Shown here: positions 12,057-25,166 of the stretch, piece by piece | Layout: each line of letters starts with the position of its first letter | How positions within the stretch are numbered: position 1 is the first letter of the stretch | Source of the DNA: Podarcis melisellensis | Taxonomy: Eukaryota | Length of the DNA: 64,000 bases | Reading direction: 5' to 3' (one strand) | Assembly: GCA_964234715.1 (NCBI GenBank) | Contig: OZ174280.1 | Made by a program: the position numbers and the translations under genes | Notes under the pieces: model-generated | Seen by the model: only the letters and a program-made list of their open reading frames with translations | Database searches by the model: none | Told to the model about the DNA's origin: nothing

Positions 12057-14088
12057 TTACTATCCGAATACCGTAATTTTGCATAAAGAACTCTTTGCTG
12101 TGCACTTTGTGAACTGTTTTCACTCAGATTTAAATTAAGTACTATAAACTGAAAGGAATAGCGTTTGGACAGTGGAGAAATTAGCAGAACTCAATAAGCC
12201 ATTAAATGCCAAGACTGGGCCTACAGTATAAAAACAAGGTCTCATTTGCTGCTGTTCAACTTTCTGCGTCATCTGCCATAGTAAGCAAAAATGCAACTTC
12301 TGCAGATTAGCAGCAATCACTGAATGGAGTGGATGTCTGTTTCCCTATCTTTCTGGCTAGCTTTAAGATGCTTGCCCATGACCAGAGAAGAGCTACAAAA
12401 ATATGTGCATACTTACACGATTTGCTTATGTGCAACTGGAAAGAAGGGACAAGAAACTGCCTAGTTACCATATTCGATCTCAGACAAGTATTCACACACC
12501 TTGTTTCTCATATCCTGCTGTCAAGATGTCATAATCATGGATATTCCACCCCCCTCAAATTTGAACACTATAGGATAAAGCTCCAGGAGCAAGAGAGTCC
12601 GTCAAATCTATCTGTAAAGCGATCAGCATTTTCCACTTCCTTGCAAGTGACTTAGTTAGAAGAAAACTGATTAGAAACAGAAAGGTGGGTATATGCCCTG
12701 TATTAGCTGCAGTAGTCTATACCGTATGCGCTCTCATACACATACACCCATGCCATTCTTTACCTGGCATGGTTCTCTCAGCTATGTTGCAGATCAAACA
12801 AGCATTTGCTTCCAAGTCACTAGCTAAACACTTGGGTGGAAAGCAAATAAGGTTACCTTTATTAGAACACTAGAAGGTTTGATGATTGTATTTCCTCAGA
12901 AAGTGTCTAGGAGCCACAGGTAAGGCGGAAAAACTAACGTAACTACACTGAACTGTATGACACTGTTCCTGTCACTCAACTGCTTCCACCTCCTGCCTCT
13001 AGCACAGGCCAATTATTTCCTTACATTTTTATAATTCATGTATAAGCACACCTACTATTATTTGATCAAACAAATTCCATAGCCTGGATGTAGCACTCCT
13101 TTGTATTCCTTCCCATGCGAGAGGTGCTCTGATGGCATAGCAGAAATGCAAAAGAAAAAATTCCCTGGGTCAAAAGCATATTCCATTAAAGATCAAGAGA
13201 CATGTTTGTAGACTGGACAGGCAATAGGATAGCTGAAAGTGATTGAGAAATATAGCTTCCTATATGGCACACACATTTCTTCTGCCCCAATGCCGACCCT
13301 GGCGAATTGCTTTGAAACGTGTAAAACCTGTTTCTCCAGGATCAACAATGAAATTTATACACAGGAGATAACAATCCTTTCAAACTGCTCCTCAGCTCTC
13401 CACAAAAATAGCTTACCTGTGATCCTGAGAGAACAAAATGAGTACTGTGGGTTCAATACTAAGTTTCTTAGCAAGGAATGTTATTTTGTTAGGCTAACAA
13501 TGTTGGGATTTCTCCTACACTGGGGAATTCCTTCAAGGGGCACTGCAAAAGCAGAAGCGCAAAATAACGTTCATAAGGGTTGTCACTTCACAGGAACAGC
13601 ACAATCCTCGCCACAGGTTGTCGTGACAATAAAACAGTCAAGATTAAGATGTAGGAAATAAATACCGGACCGGTAAAACAAATAAACCGGCAACTAACTA
13701 TCAGGCGATCTGAGCGGCATCGTAGATGAGCGTATGCATTTTCCCATAAAGCAAAGGAAGATGTCAATAAAACGGGAAATCGGGGACAGCCTGTCATACA
13801 ATTTAGTCCCCCATCAGTCGAAAGAGGCACTGGCGAATGTTCTTGCAGTTGAACTTATTAAAAGAGACACGGCGGGTGGGGGGAAAAAAGCAGAGAAAAC
13901 GAGTCTCTCGAAATCGAGGAAGTAAAAGGAACCTTCAGCTCACGAGGCTTCACACTTTCAGGAGCCTTAGAAACACCAGCAAGAAGAACCGAGGAGGAGG
14001 ATACCGCTTCGCTATGTGCACAAAATAATCGTTTCGTGCCCGAAGAACACACAAACAGCCCTCTGCTCTTCCCCGGACGACTTATTAC

Positions 14089-14127
14089 CTTCTCTTCATC
14101 CGACACCCGATCCTCAAAGTCCGCCAT
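14089..14127 (-). CDS. CAPZA1: CAPZA1 coding exon 1 (MADFEDRVSDEEK)
   Basis: ATG in AAAATGGCGG context; donor AAG|GTAATA; 39 nt. Confidence 0.95.
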
Positions 14128-15146
14128 TTTGGGTTCTCTAAACCCAGCCCCACCTGTCAGCCCCGCGCAAGCGCACTGGGAATGGGGGCGTGGCTGGAGG
14201 CGAGGCACCACCCAGCCCACATGTCAATGGTGAGCGATACGCTTCTTTGCTTTTCAGGGGATCTTATTGAAGCGGACAGGCGCCATCTTAGGTACGGGCA
14301 AGCCTGCCCTTTTAAGGCAAAGCAATGCAACTTAGGCGGCCGCCACTCGCTGTGTAGAGCTGGGTGACGTTTACGCTCGCCATGATGGATAAGGGCAGGG
14401 CTACTGTAACGTGGAAGGAGTCGTCCGGCCACGCCCATTTAATGCCCCATGGCGCAACCCTGCCCAGCGCTCAGATAATATCGGAGGCGGACACAGCGCA
14501 CCGCTATACTTTCAGCAGCTCAGTTCTGTTCGCCAGCAGCATGTGGATTTCGCAAGGCGTGCTAAAAATCGTCTGTCTGCCCCCCCCAAAAAAACACCCA
14601 TCATCCTGCAAAGAAAGGAAAGTGGGAGAACGCCATTCGCCCAAATTCCTAATGGTTAAAAACAGGGACCGTCAGGCTACTTCCTTGTATCTGCGTGGTG
14701 TGCATCTCACATGTATAGTATGCATTCAGTGGAGCGCTCTTAGTTATTAAAAATGTATATCCCGTTTTTTTTTAAAAAAAAAAAACCTTAAACTTTACAA
14801 TTCCAAGCAGAAAAGCAATAATAAAATTTTAAAAAATTCCCACGTGGGTGGGAATCGTAAATCGGATCCGCGTCCCTTTCAGCGAAAAAAAAAACTGCAC
14901 GGATGGCAGCCCTAAAAAAGGGGGAAAGAACAAAAGCGCCCCTTTTAAAGCAGGCCGGCGGTGGGGGTGTATCCCCGAGGAGTGCCCTCTAAGGCTGCTA
15001 ACAGACACGTGCGCTGGGACAAGAGACGGAGCAGCGGGCGCGCTCCCGCTTCTCTCAGAGTCAGGCGGCGGCAGCGCGCCCGGCTGGTCCCTCCCTCCCT
15101 CCGTTCCTCCAGCCAGCCAGGCCTGAGCGAGCGAAGGGCGGGAGTC

Positions 15147-15363
15147 ATGGCGGAGAGTGGTCCTTCTCCTGTGGATGGGGATGCGGCGCCTTCCTCCTCC
15201 TCCTCCTCCTCCTCCTCTCAGCTACCCAGCCACTGCCCTCGGCGGTGGGAGAGGCTGAGACTGGCGGGGGGACCCTGGGCGCGGACGCTGGCCCTGCTGG
15301 CGGCGCTGGGGCTCCTTTACTTCTTGCGAGGCCCGCTCCGGCTGCGGGATAACTTGGCGGCAG
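15147..15363 (+). CDS. ST7L: ST7L exon 1 (MAESGPSP...poly-Ser...TM segment...RDNLAA)
   Basis: gtcATGG Kozak context, hydrophobic segment, G|gtgagg donor, 217 nt. Confidence 0.88.
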
Positions 15364-16417
15364 GTGAGGGGCTGCTCGGGGGGGAGCGGGAGGGGAGAGC
15401 AGCTCTGTGGGCGCAGAGGGGGCTCCGCCGCCGGGGAGGGGCCCGGGCTGGCCCGCCTCCTCTCCCTCCGCTGCTATGGACGTGAGGGGTGGGGTGGGGG
15501 CTTCGGGGCGGCCGCTTAGGGGGCTGTTTGGGCTACTCGCTGCCCCACAACTCTTCAGCCCTAATCTCAGGTGCTTGAGGTGCCGTTTGTGGAAAGAACT
15601 CTGCACGTGCTCCGTGAAACTGGCTTTACGCCGTTCATTTCTGGGCTGAGCCCTGCGGGTGAAAACAGGCTTCTCTAGAGCTATGACTTTGCCTCCCACT
15701 AAAATCTGGGGTGTGCTTACCTTGGGGTTGGTTGCATACAAATACAGGGTATTATCAGAAAGGATTGGTTCTTGCAGGGCTCCTGGGCTCTGTTCTCCTT
15801 TGTGTTTTGGTGTGTATTTAAGTGCTTCTGCCCTTGGGGGCCTCCTTATTTTTTGTCAGGTTATTTGTAAGCCCAGTTGGTTTTAAATCTGGTTCTCCAC
15901 TTTTTCTTTGTGTCTGTTTATTTTAAAGATTGCAAGGCAGTCTGTAATCCATGATGTCTTCCCTTTGTCAGCTTTTTTTTTTTAAAAAAAGCTTTCTATC
16001 ATCTGTTGCTGTCTGCAAGCCCTGAATGATGACAGCATCTATACTACCAGCTGTCAGATCCTCTGTGTCATCAAAACAGAAAGAAACTAGACCTGTTGTT
16101 TGAAAGCTGCAATTTACACACAGTCACTATTCTTTTATTAGAGCAGTGAGCTCCATACTCCCCTTTTGTTGCTTTTAAATTGCAGGCCTTACATAGATGC
16201 TAAGTCTCATAATATTTTGTTGGTCTAAAGTTAGTGGTTGGGGAGTTAAAAGCACATTCTTAAGTCTGCAGGCCAACAGCATGACTTACAGCTCAATCCT
16301 CTCCATGTTGATTTAAAAGTAAGTGCCATTATATTCAATGGGACTTATGTCATATGGTTACATCCTTAGTATTGGGTATTTTAATAAAACATCCTAAAGC
16401 ATGATGATACATGCATA

Positions 16418-16737
16418 GGTAAAGGTGAGAAAGGTAAAGGGACCCCTAACCGTTAAGTCCAGTCATGAACGACTCTGGGGTTGCGGCGCTCATTTCGCTT
16501 TACTGGCTGAGGGAGCTGGTGTTTGTCTGCAGACAGCTTCCAGGTCATGTGGCCAGCATAACTAAGCAGCTTCTGGCAAACCTCCCCGCCAGAGCGGTAC
16601 CTATTTATCTACTTGCACTTTGACATGCTTTCAAACTGCTAGGTGGGCAGGAGCTGGGACCGAACAATGGGAGCTCACCCCGTCGTGGGGATTTGAACCA
16701 CTGACCTTCTGATCCGCAAGCACCACTCGCATTCTCA
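16418..16737 (-). mobile_element. Sauria SINE with a small deletion near the 5' end
   Basis: aggtaaagg tail; TSD atacatgcata / atacatgcgta. Confidence 0.9.
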
Positions 16738-17544
16738 ATACATGCGTAACTTTAGAACAATGTGTTCATGGGTTAAAGTTGCTAGGGAATGAAGGAGAGT
16801 CTGCTTATTTATTTGCCTGGTGGGCCTACTGAGTTTTGCCATACTCTACACATGAAGCACTACATCAAGTAACTAATGGAGTAACCTTGACTTTTACCTT
16901 AGGATCCCCCTCAGGGCTTAATGTATATGCCCTGCTTTTAACTTGTGTGTTTAAGACTTTGTCTCTTGCATGCTGTGGTTTCAAAAGCCCAGGAAGGTAG
17001 ACTTGTTCAGACAAAACTAGCTATACTGGTTAAATTGTGAGACTGACACTAATATAAGAGCTGTCAATTTCTCATTGTCAACATACCATATTAATTTTCT
17101 TTAGACTTTTTATTTACTGATCTCTAGCTAAATAACAATCAGTAGGCCTAACCCACAAACAAGATTGAGTGTTGTAGATTGGTTAATAAAATGCCTCGGG
17201 TAGTATCTGTCTGGATTTTATGAATCAGTCCTAAACATGCATATTCAAAAGTAAATCTTACAGAGTACAATGAGATTTACTTCCTGTCAGCATGCAGCAG
17301 TGTTAGTTTACCTTTGAGCTGCTTCAGATATGTTGTTCCTACATGGAAATAGATGTTTGCAATGATCTGCATTCAAATTTCTCACAATTACAAGGAACCC
17401 TTAAGTGTTGACACTTCTTGGAAGATTACGGCTTAATTATTTTGAATACGTTGAACCCTTGTTACAAGGAGCACATTCTATGCTCCATGCTAAAAGAAAT
17501 GTTTGTGCCCATTCTAATAAACAAATGAAACCAGTGTCTATTGT

Positions 17545-18135
17545 TGTTTATTAAATTTCTACACCATCCTTCATCCTAGGCTCACAGGGCAGTTTACAAT
17601 GTAAGAACACAAAAATGTATAACATAGTATCAAACAAAAACAGTTAACGTCCCTCACAGTTTTAAAGGCTGTAGATGGCTTAATTAGCCAAAGGCTTAGG
17701 AGAAGAGGGACGTTTCCATCTGGTGCCTAAATATATGTAATGAAGGTGCCAAGCAAGCCTCCCTATGGAGAGCATTCCACAAATGGGGAGGCACTGCAAA
17801 AAAGGCCCATTCTTGTGTTGCCATCTTCTGGACCTCTCATGGAGTGGGCACACAAAGAAGTGGTTCAGATGATGATCACAGGTTCTGAGTCTGTTCATAT
17901 GGGAAGAGGCAATCCTTGAGGTATTGCAGTCCTGAGCTGTTTAAGGCTTTATGGGTAAAAACCAGCACTTTGAATTTGTCTCAGGAATTGATTGGCAGTC
18001 ATTACAGTTAGACCAGGATTGGCATTATATGCTCAAACTTTCTTGCTCCGGTGAGCAACCTGACTGCTGACTTCTGCAGTTGAAGTTTCCTGTTTTCAGA
18101 AGCTGCCCCACATATAATGCATTGTAGTAATCTAG
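17545..18135 (-). mobile_element. L2 LINE 3' fragment
   Basis: Typical L2 3' end (tttattaaatttctacacc...cagtttacaat) followed by degenerate ORF2-like sequence. Confidence 0.65.
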
Positions 18136-18419
18136 GTCCTTATTTAAATCTATCTATACTGCTCTTCACCATATGGTCACAAGGCAAGGTACAACACACC
18201 AATATGTGTTTTCAAAAGTATTAAAATATCCATAATTCCCCATATTTTACTCTTTACAGATTTAAGTTAAAGCTATTAAACGTGTGTTAAAACTGTGGTT
18301 TGCTGTTTTGGATCCTTGTGTTTGACTGTATCTAGGTTAAGAGAAAGCTAAAATATCAGTTAAAACATTTAGGGTTAGCTGTTTGAACGCAAACTCATGG
18401 ACTTCTTATGAAGCTAAAC

Positions 18420-18645
18420 ATTGAACAAAGAAACAAACAAAAAGTACTTAACACAGCACGTAGTGAAATTATGGTATTCTCTACCATGAACGGTGGTGAT
18501 GCCTACCATGTTGGATGGCTTTCAATGGATTAGCCACAGTAGCTAGGTTCTAGCTCTACTGTTGGAAGCAGTACAGTATGTCTTTGAATAGCAATTTCTG
18601 GGAATCACAGGTGGGAAGAGTGTTGTTGTGTTTGAGTCCTGTCCA
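18420..18645 (+). mobile_element. CR1 LINE 3' fragment
   Basis: Degenerate CR1 ORF2-end/3'UTR-like sequence (gatggctttcaatggattag...). Confidence 0.5.
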
Positions 18646-18878
18646 GCACTTTTAGCTAAAAAGTCTACTTTTACATTTATGGTTCTCCTGACTGTCAAAG
18701 CATAGCTTACCTGGGCTACATCATTTCCCGATTCAGACTTTCCAAAAAATACCCACAACTAATGGAGGAATTGACACTGTGTGTGTGTAGGTGTGTGCGT
18801 GCATTGCTTAAGTAATGTCATCTCAGACACTGAGAGGCCAATGTATTGATTGACAAAGCTTCCCTTTTTCTTTGACAG

Positions 18879-18961
18879 TGACCATTTTCTTGAGCACATT
18901 GACTCCAAAATTCTATGTTGCTCTTACTGGGACATCTTCTCTGATATCTGGTCTGATATTT
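18879..18961 (+). CDS. ST7L: ST7L exon 2 (VTIFLSTLTPKFYVALTGTSSLISGLIF)
   Basis: ttgacag / gtaagt, 83 nt. Confidence 0.96.
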
Positions 18962-20104
18962 GTAAGTAATTTTCTCTATTTACTCATGCTGGAATTTTTG
19001 TTGATCCTACAGAACCAGAAATATAGTATAATCGTGTCTTGTGCAGGGATTGCATTCCAGGGATGGCACATACATGCAAAAATGCATATACTTGAACCAC
19101 CCCCTTCGAACCACCTTCACAGGGCCATCCTGACCTTCCAAGCAAGGCAGAGACCTCTTAAGCTCTCCATCTTGCTTCCCAGGCTCTGGGAGGCTCTCAC
19201 GAGATTTCACATAGCCACCCAAGTTCCTGCAATATCTAATGAGAGCTTCCCAAAGCCTGGTAAGCAAGTCTGAGAGCTTAAAAGTGCTTTCCACACCAGG
19301 AAAACCAAGTGCAAAAGGAGCTTTTAGGCTCTGCTTTGCATGCAATTAATTTGTGGGATTTCAGCTGGCCAGCTTTCAACTACGCAAGGTTGAAGTTGCA
19401 CATGTTAGGATGCAATTGCACTGTAGAGTAAAAGTGAGATTATACTACTACATAGGCTAGTATTTAAAATGCTGCCCACAAGTATTGTATAGAACTCTTC
19501 AGATTTTAGATGTTTAGAAGATTAAAAGTTAGTTTTTTAATTGCTAAGATGGCTGTTTAGTCCCTTCTACTGCTTAGGACAAAGAAGTAAGAGATTAATG
19601 CATACTCGACCCTAAATTTTGGCCTGCTTTTAAGACTGTTTTAAAAATGTCCAGGAAAATGTCTACAGCAACTAAGAATGGGTCATATCTGCATCCACAG
19701 TACATTTTTGGGATTTTTGGAAGATGAGGAATAGTTATTGTGAAATGGGATGCATCTGTGTTTACAGCGTTACAGATTAATTTTTAAAATTAGGCTTTTG
19801 TAAACTGTGCCAGTCTGAAGATGAAAGTTACCTTTGATATGCCAGATGAACTCTAGATGGCGCTCCTATACAGAAAAAGAAACCAACATTTTTATTCATT
19901 TTGATGTTTCCTTGCTGGTAACCACAGCCTTCCAAGTAAAAAATGAAATGGTTTATAGCATTGTAAGGGGCAGCTGTGACAATAGTGTTGAGCCTTCTCT
20001 GGCAGTATTCTGAAGCACATTGCTTAGGCTGCCAACTCATTTGTGGGACTCTACCTGCATTGCCTCATTATCATGGCTGTATGCATAGCCACAGTTGCAC
20101 TATA

Positions 20105-20323
20105 CAGTGGTACTTTGGGTTACATACACTTCAGGTTACAGACTCAGCTAACCCAGAAATAGTACCTTGGATTTAAGAACTTTGCTTCAGGAGGAGAACA
20201 GAAATTGTGCGGTGGCAGCAGCGGGAGGCCCCATTAGCTAAAGTGGTGCTTCAGGTTAAGAACAGTTTCAGGTTAAGAACGGACCTCTGGAATGAATTAA
20301 GTACTTAACCAGAGGTACCACTG
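20105..20323. mobile_element. Tc1/mariner (Tigger-like) MITE
   Basis: TA|CAGTGGTACTTT...AGAGGTACCACTG|TA; internal cttcaggtta repeats. Confidence 0.85.
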
Positions 20324-21117
20324 TAATGCCATTCCACTGAACATAAAATATGCATATTAGGAGCAGTGTACAAACCAAAAAGATGATAAAAATATTATCA
20401 TTTGCCTTCAGGCAGTTCTTGTTCATCTTGAGTCCACCAGCATATGATTTAAGACACCCCATGTTTTACCAGAATTGCCCAGAGTAGCATTTAGTTTTTG
20501 TCTGGATCCTACTTGTTGGGGCCAAATCTCTGACATAGGACATGCCAGTTCTGAGTCCCGTGTGCAGCACTGTGCTCAAAAGGTAAGATGAAACCTGTCT
20601 ATCTATTCCTAACCCTCATGCAGTGCCACAAATAAATGTACACAAGTGGTTGTAGGAGGGGTGTGCTATCACAGGGTAGTAAAATGACCAAAATCAAGTG
20701 CATAGCATTAGCAGAAAGACGGTTAAGTCTGCTTTCCTGGATTAGTTTTAATTTGAAAAACATAGGATACTATTTTTAAGCCGATATTTTCCATTGGAAA
20801 ATGGAGCAGCCCTGTGGTAAGAACCAATAGATTTCTTGAGCTATCTTATATCTCCATTACACTTTTGTTTACAGAGAAACAGGAAGTGGCTGAAATTTGG
20901 GAGCATTGCTTACTACTTTGCTGGTGGCTGTGCCCTAAAAGGGCTTTGTTTAGAAATAATTCTTTTCTATCATATTATATGTTGGGAAAACTGTCAACCT
21001 TTGCTGAAAGGAACCATAAATATAATTGTGGGCAGCCTTTTGTTTTGTGAGCAACTGACGTGACTTGAGATTCTTGACCCAATGGTTTATTGTATGTTTT
21101 TCTGTTTCTCACTGCAG

Positions 21118-21283
21118 ATATTTGAATGGTGGTATTTCAGAAAATATGGCACATCTTTCATTGAGCAGGTATCCGTGAGCCATTTACGACCACTTATTGG
21201 AGGAGCAGAGAATACTAATTCTCCACAGGCAACTTTCTCTGCTACTAGTGGAGACAATGAGACAAGCAGGCAGAGTTTGTCAG
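21118..21283 (+). CDS. ST7L: ST7L exon 3 ([26 protein letters not shown]...RQSLS)
   Basis: ctgcag / gtgatt, 166 nt. Confidence 0.94.
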
Positions 21284-22178
21284 GTGATTGCTTCTAACAT
21301 CTGGCTTTGTGCGAATGTACTTCATGATAGTTGGCCTTAGCCAAAGCCTGTAAATACAATTTATGTTTATTTTTGTAAATGGGCTTAGCTTTGCATCAGG
21401 TAATGCCTTTGTCTTGCTTAGGAAAAACAAGAGAGATAAAGTAAATCAGATTGGGCAAAGCCTTTTTTAGTGGGGCCAGGTGAGTTGTTGAGTTTAGTAT
21501 TTTATTTTCCACAACCCCTTGCAATTTCCAAATCAATATGATTTTTATTTTTTTTATAATAGATATCTTGCCTTTATATATTTTGCTATATAGATCGATG
21601 TGACAAGTGGCTTTTGTTTTTGTTTTTTGGAAAATTGCTTGCTTTGCACCTACATGTGATAGAAAAACTGTTTTCTTGAAGTGGTATCTCAATTTAGACA
21701 TTCATCCAAGCTGTAATTTGGGGTATCGGAAACAAACCAGGGTTTCCTCTGTTTCCTTTCTTCTTTCTTGGGGCTTTCCCTTTTTAAATTTTCTGTTTAA
21801 CACCATTAATGCCGGTAATTTGTCATGCCATCCACATTTTAATACTATGGTTAGGGTTTGCCATGCCTGCTTCAAATGATTGTTTATGAATCTAGTTTTG
21901 AAAGCAAGTGCTAGCCATCATTTCAGATTTGCATGTCATGGTAAATTAAGGCTACTGCAGACCAGAAAAGGGAGAGGAGGAAGAATGTGAGCCCATGATT
22001 ATTTCTGATTCTGCAGAGGAAACATTTTTTTAAATATTTGGGCCAGTTCAGAAGTAATGATTTCATATTTATTGAACCAAGATTCTTATGGTGAACCAGG
22101 CCTCAACACACAAAGCATATAAGGTTAGAAATCTACAGTTCTGGCTTAATTTTGAGATTAAACTGTTTCTTTTTACAG

Positions 22179-22233
22179 AGTGCAAAGTATGGAGAAATCC
22201 CCTCAATCTCTTTAGAGGAGCAGAATATAGCAG
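22179..22233 (+). CDS. ST7L: ST7L exon 4 ([19 protein letters not shown])
   Basis: ttacag / gtattt, 55 nt. Confidence 0.95.
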
Positions 22234-23247
22234 GTATTTTTTATCTTTGTTTTATTAATGTATAGCCATTTTTGTAAAATAAATTAAAATAGAACTAGAG
22301 CTTCTGGTTTGTCAGAACGTTGTAATCTTACTCTTTCCTGTAGATTCCATATAGACAAAGATGAATGTGTTTGGATAGATGATTTCTTTACTTTTTTGAA
22401 AACAGTTATTGTCTCAGGGCAGTGGTAGCTAGTTGTTGGACTCCAGCTCCCATCATCCCTGATTGCTGGCCATACTGGCAGCGACTGATGAGAATTGGTG
22501 TCCAACACCACCATCTGGAGGGCAGCATGTTGGCTACTCCTCCTCTGGGGCATTTCTTCTGGGTTGCATTTCTTCACCAACAGGGCCTTTTTGATGGCTC
22601 CCTCCTCCCTCTGTGGAATTCCTTCCCCCAGGAAGTGCATGTGGCCCCAACTTTGGAAAACTTTAAGATAAATCGTATTTTTTTTAAAAAAATCAGCTGG
22701 CTTTTTATTAATTCCAGTGATCATAAAATCATATATCATTGCTACTGCTCAATTTCAAAGGGCTATAATGTAGTTTTTAAAATGATGGCAAGTTATTATC
22801 TTTTCATGTAATCTTATGCACCACCTTGGGAAGGCTGTTGTTCCCAAAGGTGGTGTATATATCACTTGAATATTTTCTTATAATAGATGCAGTGAACTTT
22901 CCAGTTCTTAAGTTTGAAGAGTTTCAATGTGTATCACCACTAAAAGGGTTCCAGCCAAGTTTGAAACTTGTAGTGAATGCTCAATGCAAGGCTGATAATC
23001 GCTCATTGGAGAAAATATTAACTGTAGCTTCCTACTGATTCCTGCCTAGTGATTCCTGCCTTATTTGGTCTAGCTTGTGCATATAATAAAGATCAAGCTG
23101 CTCTGTGAAAGATACTTCTCTATTTCTTATGTAAATGCATCCTAGATACTTAAATGGGAGCATATCCCACTGGCTTTCTTTTGAGTAGATATGCAAAGAA
23201 TTGGGCTGTTAATGAAGCCTCTTTTCTTTTTCTTTCTTTTTTTAAAG

Positions 23248-23363
23248 ATATACATGGGTGACTGGAAAGGAGCCACTTACATATTATGACATGAACTTAT
23301 CTGCTCAGGATCATCAGACCTTTTTCACATGTGAAACGGACTCAGTTCGACCTTCAGATGCAG
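23248..23363 (+). CDS. ST7L: ST7L exon 5 (YTWVTGKEPLTYYDMNLSAQDHQTFFTCETDSVRPSDA)
   Basis: long pyrimidine tract + aag / gtataa, 116 nt. Confidence 0.95.
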
Positions 23364-23659
23364 GTATAAAATGTATCTCTTGTGTGAAAGATAAAAAGAT
23401 GTCTGGCCATGAATAGTTTTTTATGTTGGGAATGCTTGTTCTAAATATCTTTTCTAAGTCTCTTTTATATTTGATGGATAATTTATCCCATTTTTCCTAA
23501 TGTTTCTGATCTCTTGGGATGGAGAAACCAGGATGAGAAAAACAAACCTTAAGTCATTATTATTGCCAGAACTTTGCATGTCTGTGATAATATTTTTACA
23601 TATGTCCTCTGCTCAACTGAGAGTCCTGTCCAAGTCTACATAGTAGGAAAGAAAGGTGT

Positions 23660-23800
23660 ATTGTGGCACCTTAAAGACTAAAATGTTTACCATGCCATGT
23701 TCATGGACCTCATCGGATGCATTCAGCAGAATTTTTGTGGCAGTTCAAGACCCTCACTGTTCTTGCTACAGCAAGATAGATATGGCTACCCCTCTTGAGT
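23660..23800. mobile_element. Old Penelope-like remnant
   Basis: tgtggcaccttaaagacta...atggctacccctcttga resembles the ends of the 405-725 element. Confidence 0.4.
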
Positions 23801-24771
23801 TTGTTACTCTCAATAGTAAGACTTGCAAATGTTATGCACTTCTGAATGTTGAATTACTACTATAAAAAACCCACCATGCCCCAAGATTATTACATTTCTT
23901 TGCTTTTGATTGCACCAAATTGTATTGAGGGTTACATATTGTCTATTCCTATCTGTAAAGCAATAGCTTTTGTCATATCTGGCATTTGTCAGCTTATGTG
24001 TTAATTCTTACTAGTTCATCTAAATCAGCAAGAGTTAGCTGTCTACACATTAATCTGATGATATGTTTAATGATATGAGAGCTGTAGTTTTTGTTTTATA
24101 AATATCGTATATTGTTTCATCACCAGAGCCAAAACTAATATTATGTTTTCAGAAAAATGCTCCAACATTTTCCACATTATTCTTGCTGGACAGTTGCAGG
24201 TTTAGTTCCAAAAGAAACATATATAGGTTCTCTCCCTTTCTTATAAAAACTGAGGATCATCAGATATATTCAAACTGCAATCCTGTACTTCCTCACCTGG
24301 GAGTAAGCTCAATTGAAATCAGTTGGACTTACTTCTGAGTAGACATGAATAGGATTGTGCAATCAGTTCATGAATGTTCACTTTTTAGCCTTTGTCGGGA
24401 TTAGGGTTTCATTTCCAAAAAATCAAACCCAGCCAAGTGAGTGGCAATGATGAGAATTTTATTCACTTAAAATGAATAGCATCTGGCAGAAGAGAAGGAA
24501 GCAACAGCCAGACAGAAGAGGAGGAAGCAACAGCCAGGCCAATCCCACCAGCTTTGACACTGTTCTCCATGTAGCCACACTCATTCCACCCAGAGACTAT
24601 CAGTGACCAAACTTACCTGCAGCCAGCAGGAGGGAAAACAACAAACTTTTCATGAGCCACCTGAGGCCGATTGCCACAAGCACTGCCCCCCCCCCACTTC
24701 TGTCGGTCACCTTATGATTTTTTCTCTCTTTTAAAAATAAAGATGAAGAATAACATACATTTATGATAAGG

Positions 24772-25042
24772 CAGGGGTCGGCAAGGATTACCTTGCCTGG
24801 GCTGGTTCACTCCAGCAAAGATCCCTCTGTGGGTCAGATCATGCACACGCGTGATTTCCGGTGTCTGTGCAGACGTGATTTCTGGTGCCGCGGAAATGAG
24901 TCCTTGCGCTGTGCTGTGCCGGTTTAGCACAGCGCATGGGGACTCGCCGAGCAGGCGGCTCAGTTTGGGGGCAGATCGTGGGTCAATTAAACGACCCCCA
25001 TGGGTCACTTGCGGCCCATGGGCCTTAGGTTGCCAACCCCTG
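24772..25042. mobile_element. hAT MITE
   Basis: TIR CAGGGGTCGGCAA / TTGCCAACCCCTG; 8-bp TSD tgataagg/tgataggg; CpG-rich. Confidence 0.82.
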
Positions 25043-25166
25043 TGATAGGGGCTGGTGTTCAGTTTGGTAGTGGCTTTATTCTTAGAAAGAGAGATGTTTT
25101 TTTGTTTCTCCATGAATACTTACAGTCATGACTTGCCTGTAAATAAATCCTATTTTCCCCCAACAG

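Larger units (their letters stand above)
13600..15650. promoter_or_regulatory. CpG island / bidirectional promoter shared by CAPZA1 and ST7L
   Basis: CpG-dense, GC-rich. The divergent ATGs (14127 and 15147) are ~1 kb apart. YY1-type GCCATNTT at 14123 and 14282, NRF1-like GCGCAAGCGCA ~14165, GC boxes ~14184 and ~14427, CACGTG at 14841, 15006 and 15604. Confidence 0.85.

Noticed and set aside
13858-14220. 120-aa ORF suggesting an N-terminally extended CAPZA1
   Set aside because: It starts at GTG in promoter sequence and runs past the exon-1 donor into the intron; only 14089-14127 matches CAPZA1
14848-15741. Long overlapping ORFs on both strands (174 aa, 198 aa)
   Set aside because: Stop-codon scarcity in the GC-rich CpG island; only 15147-15363 fits the spliced ST7L frame
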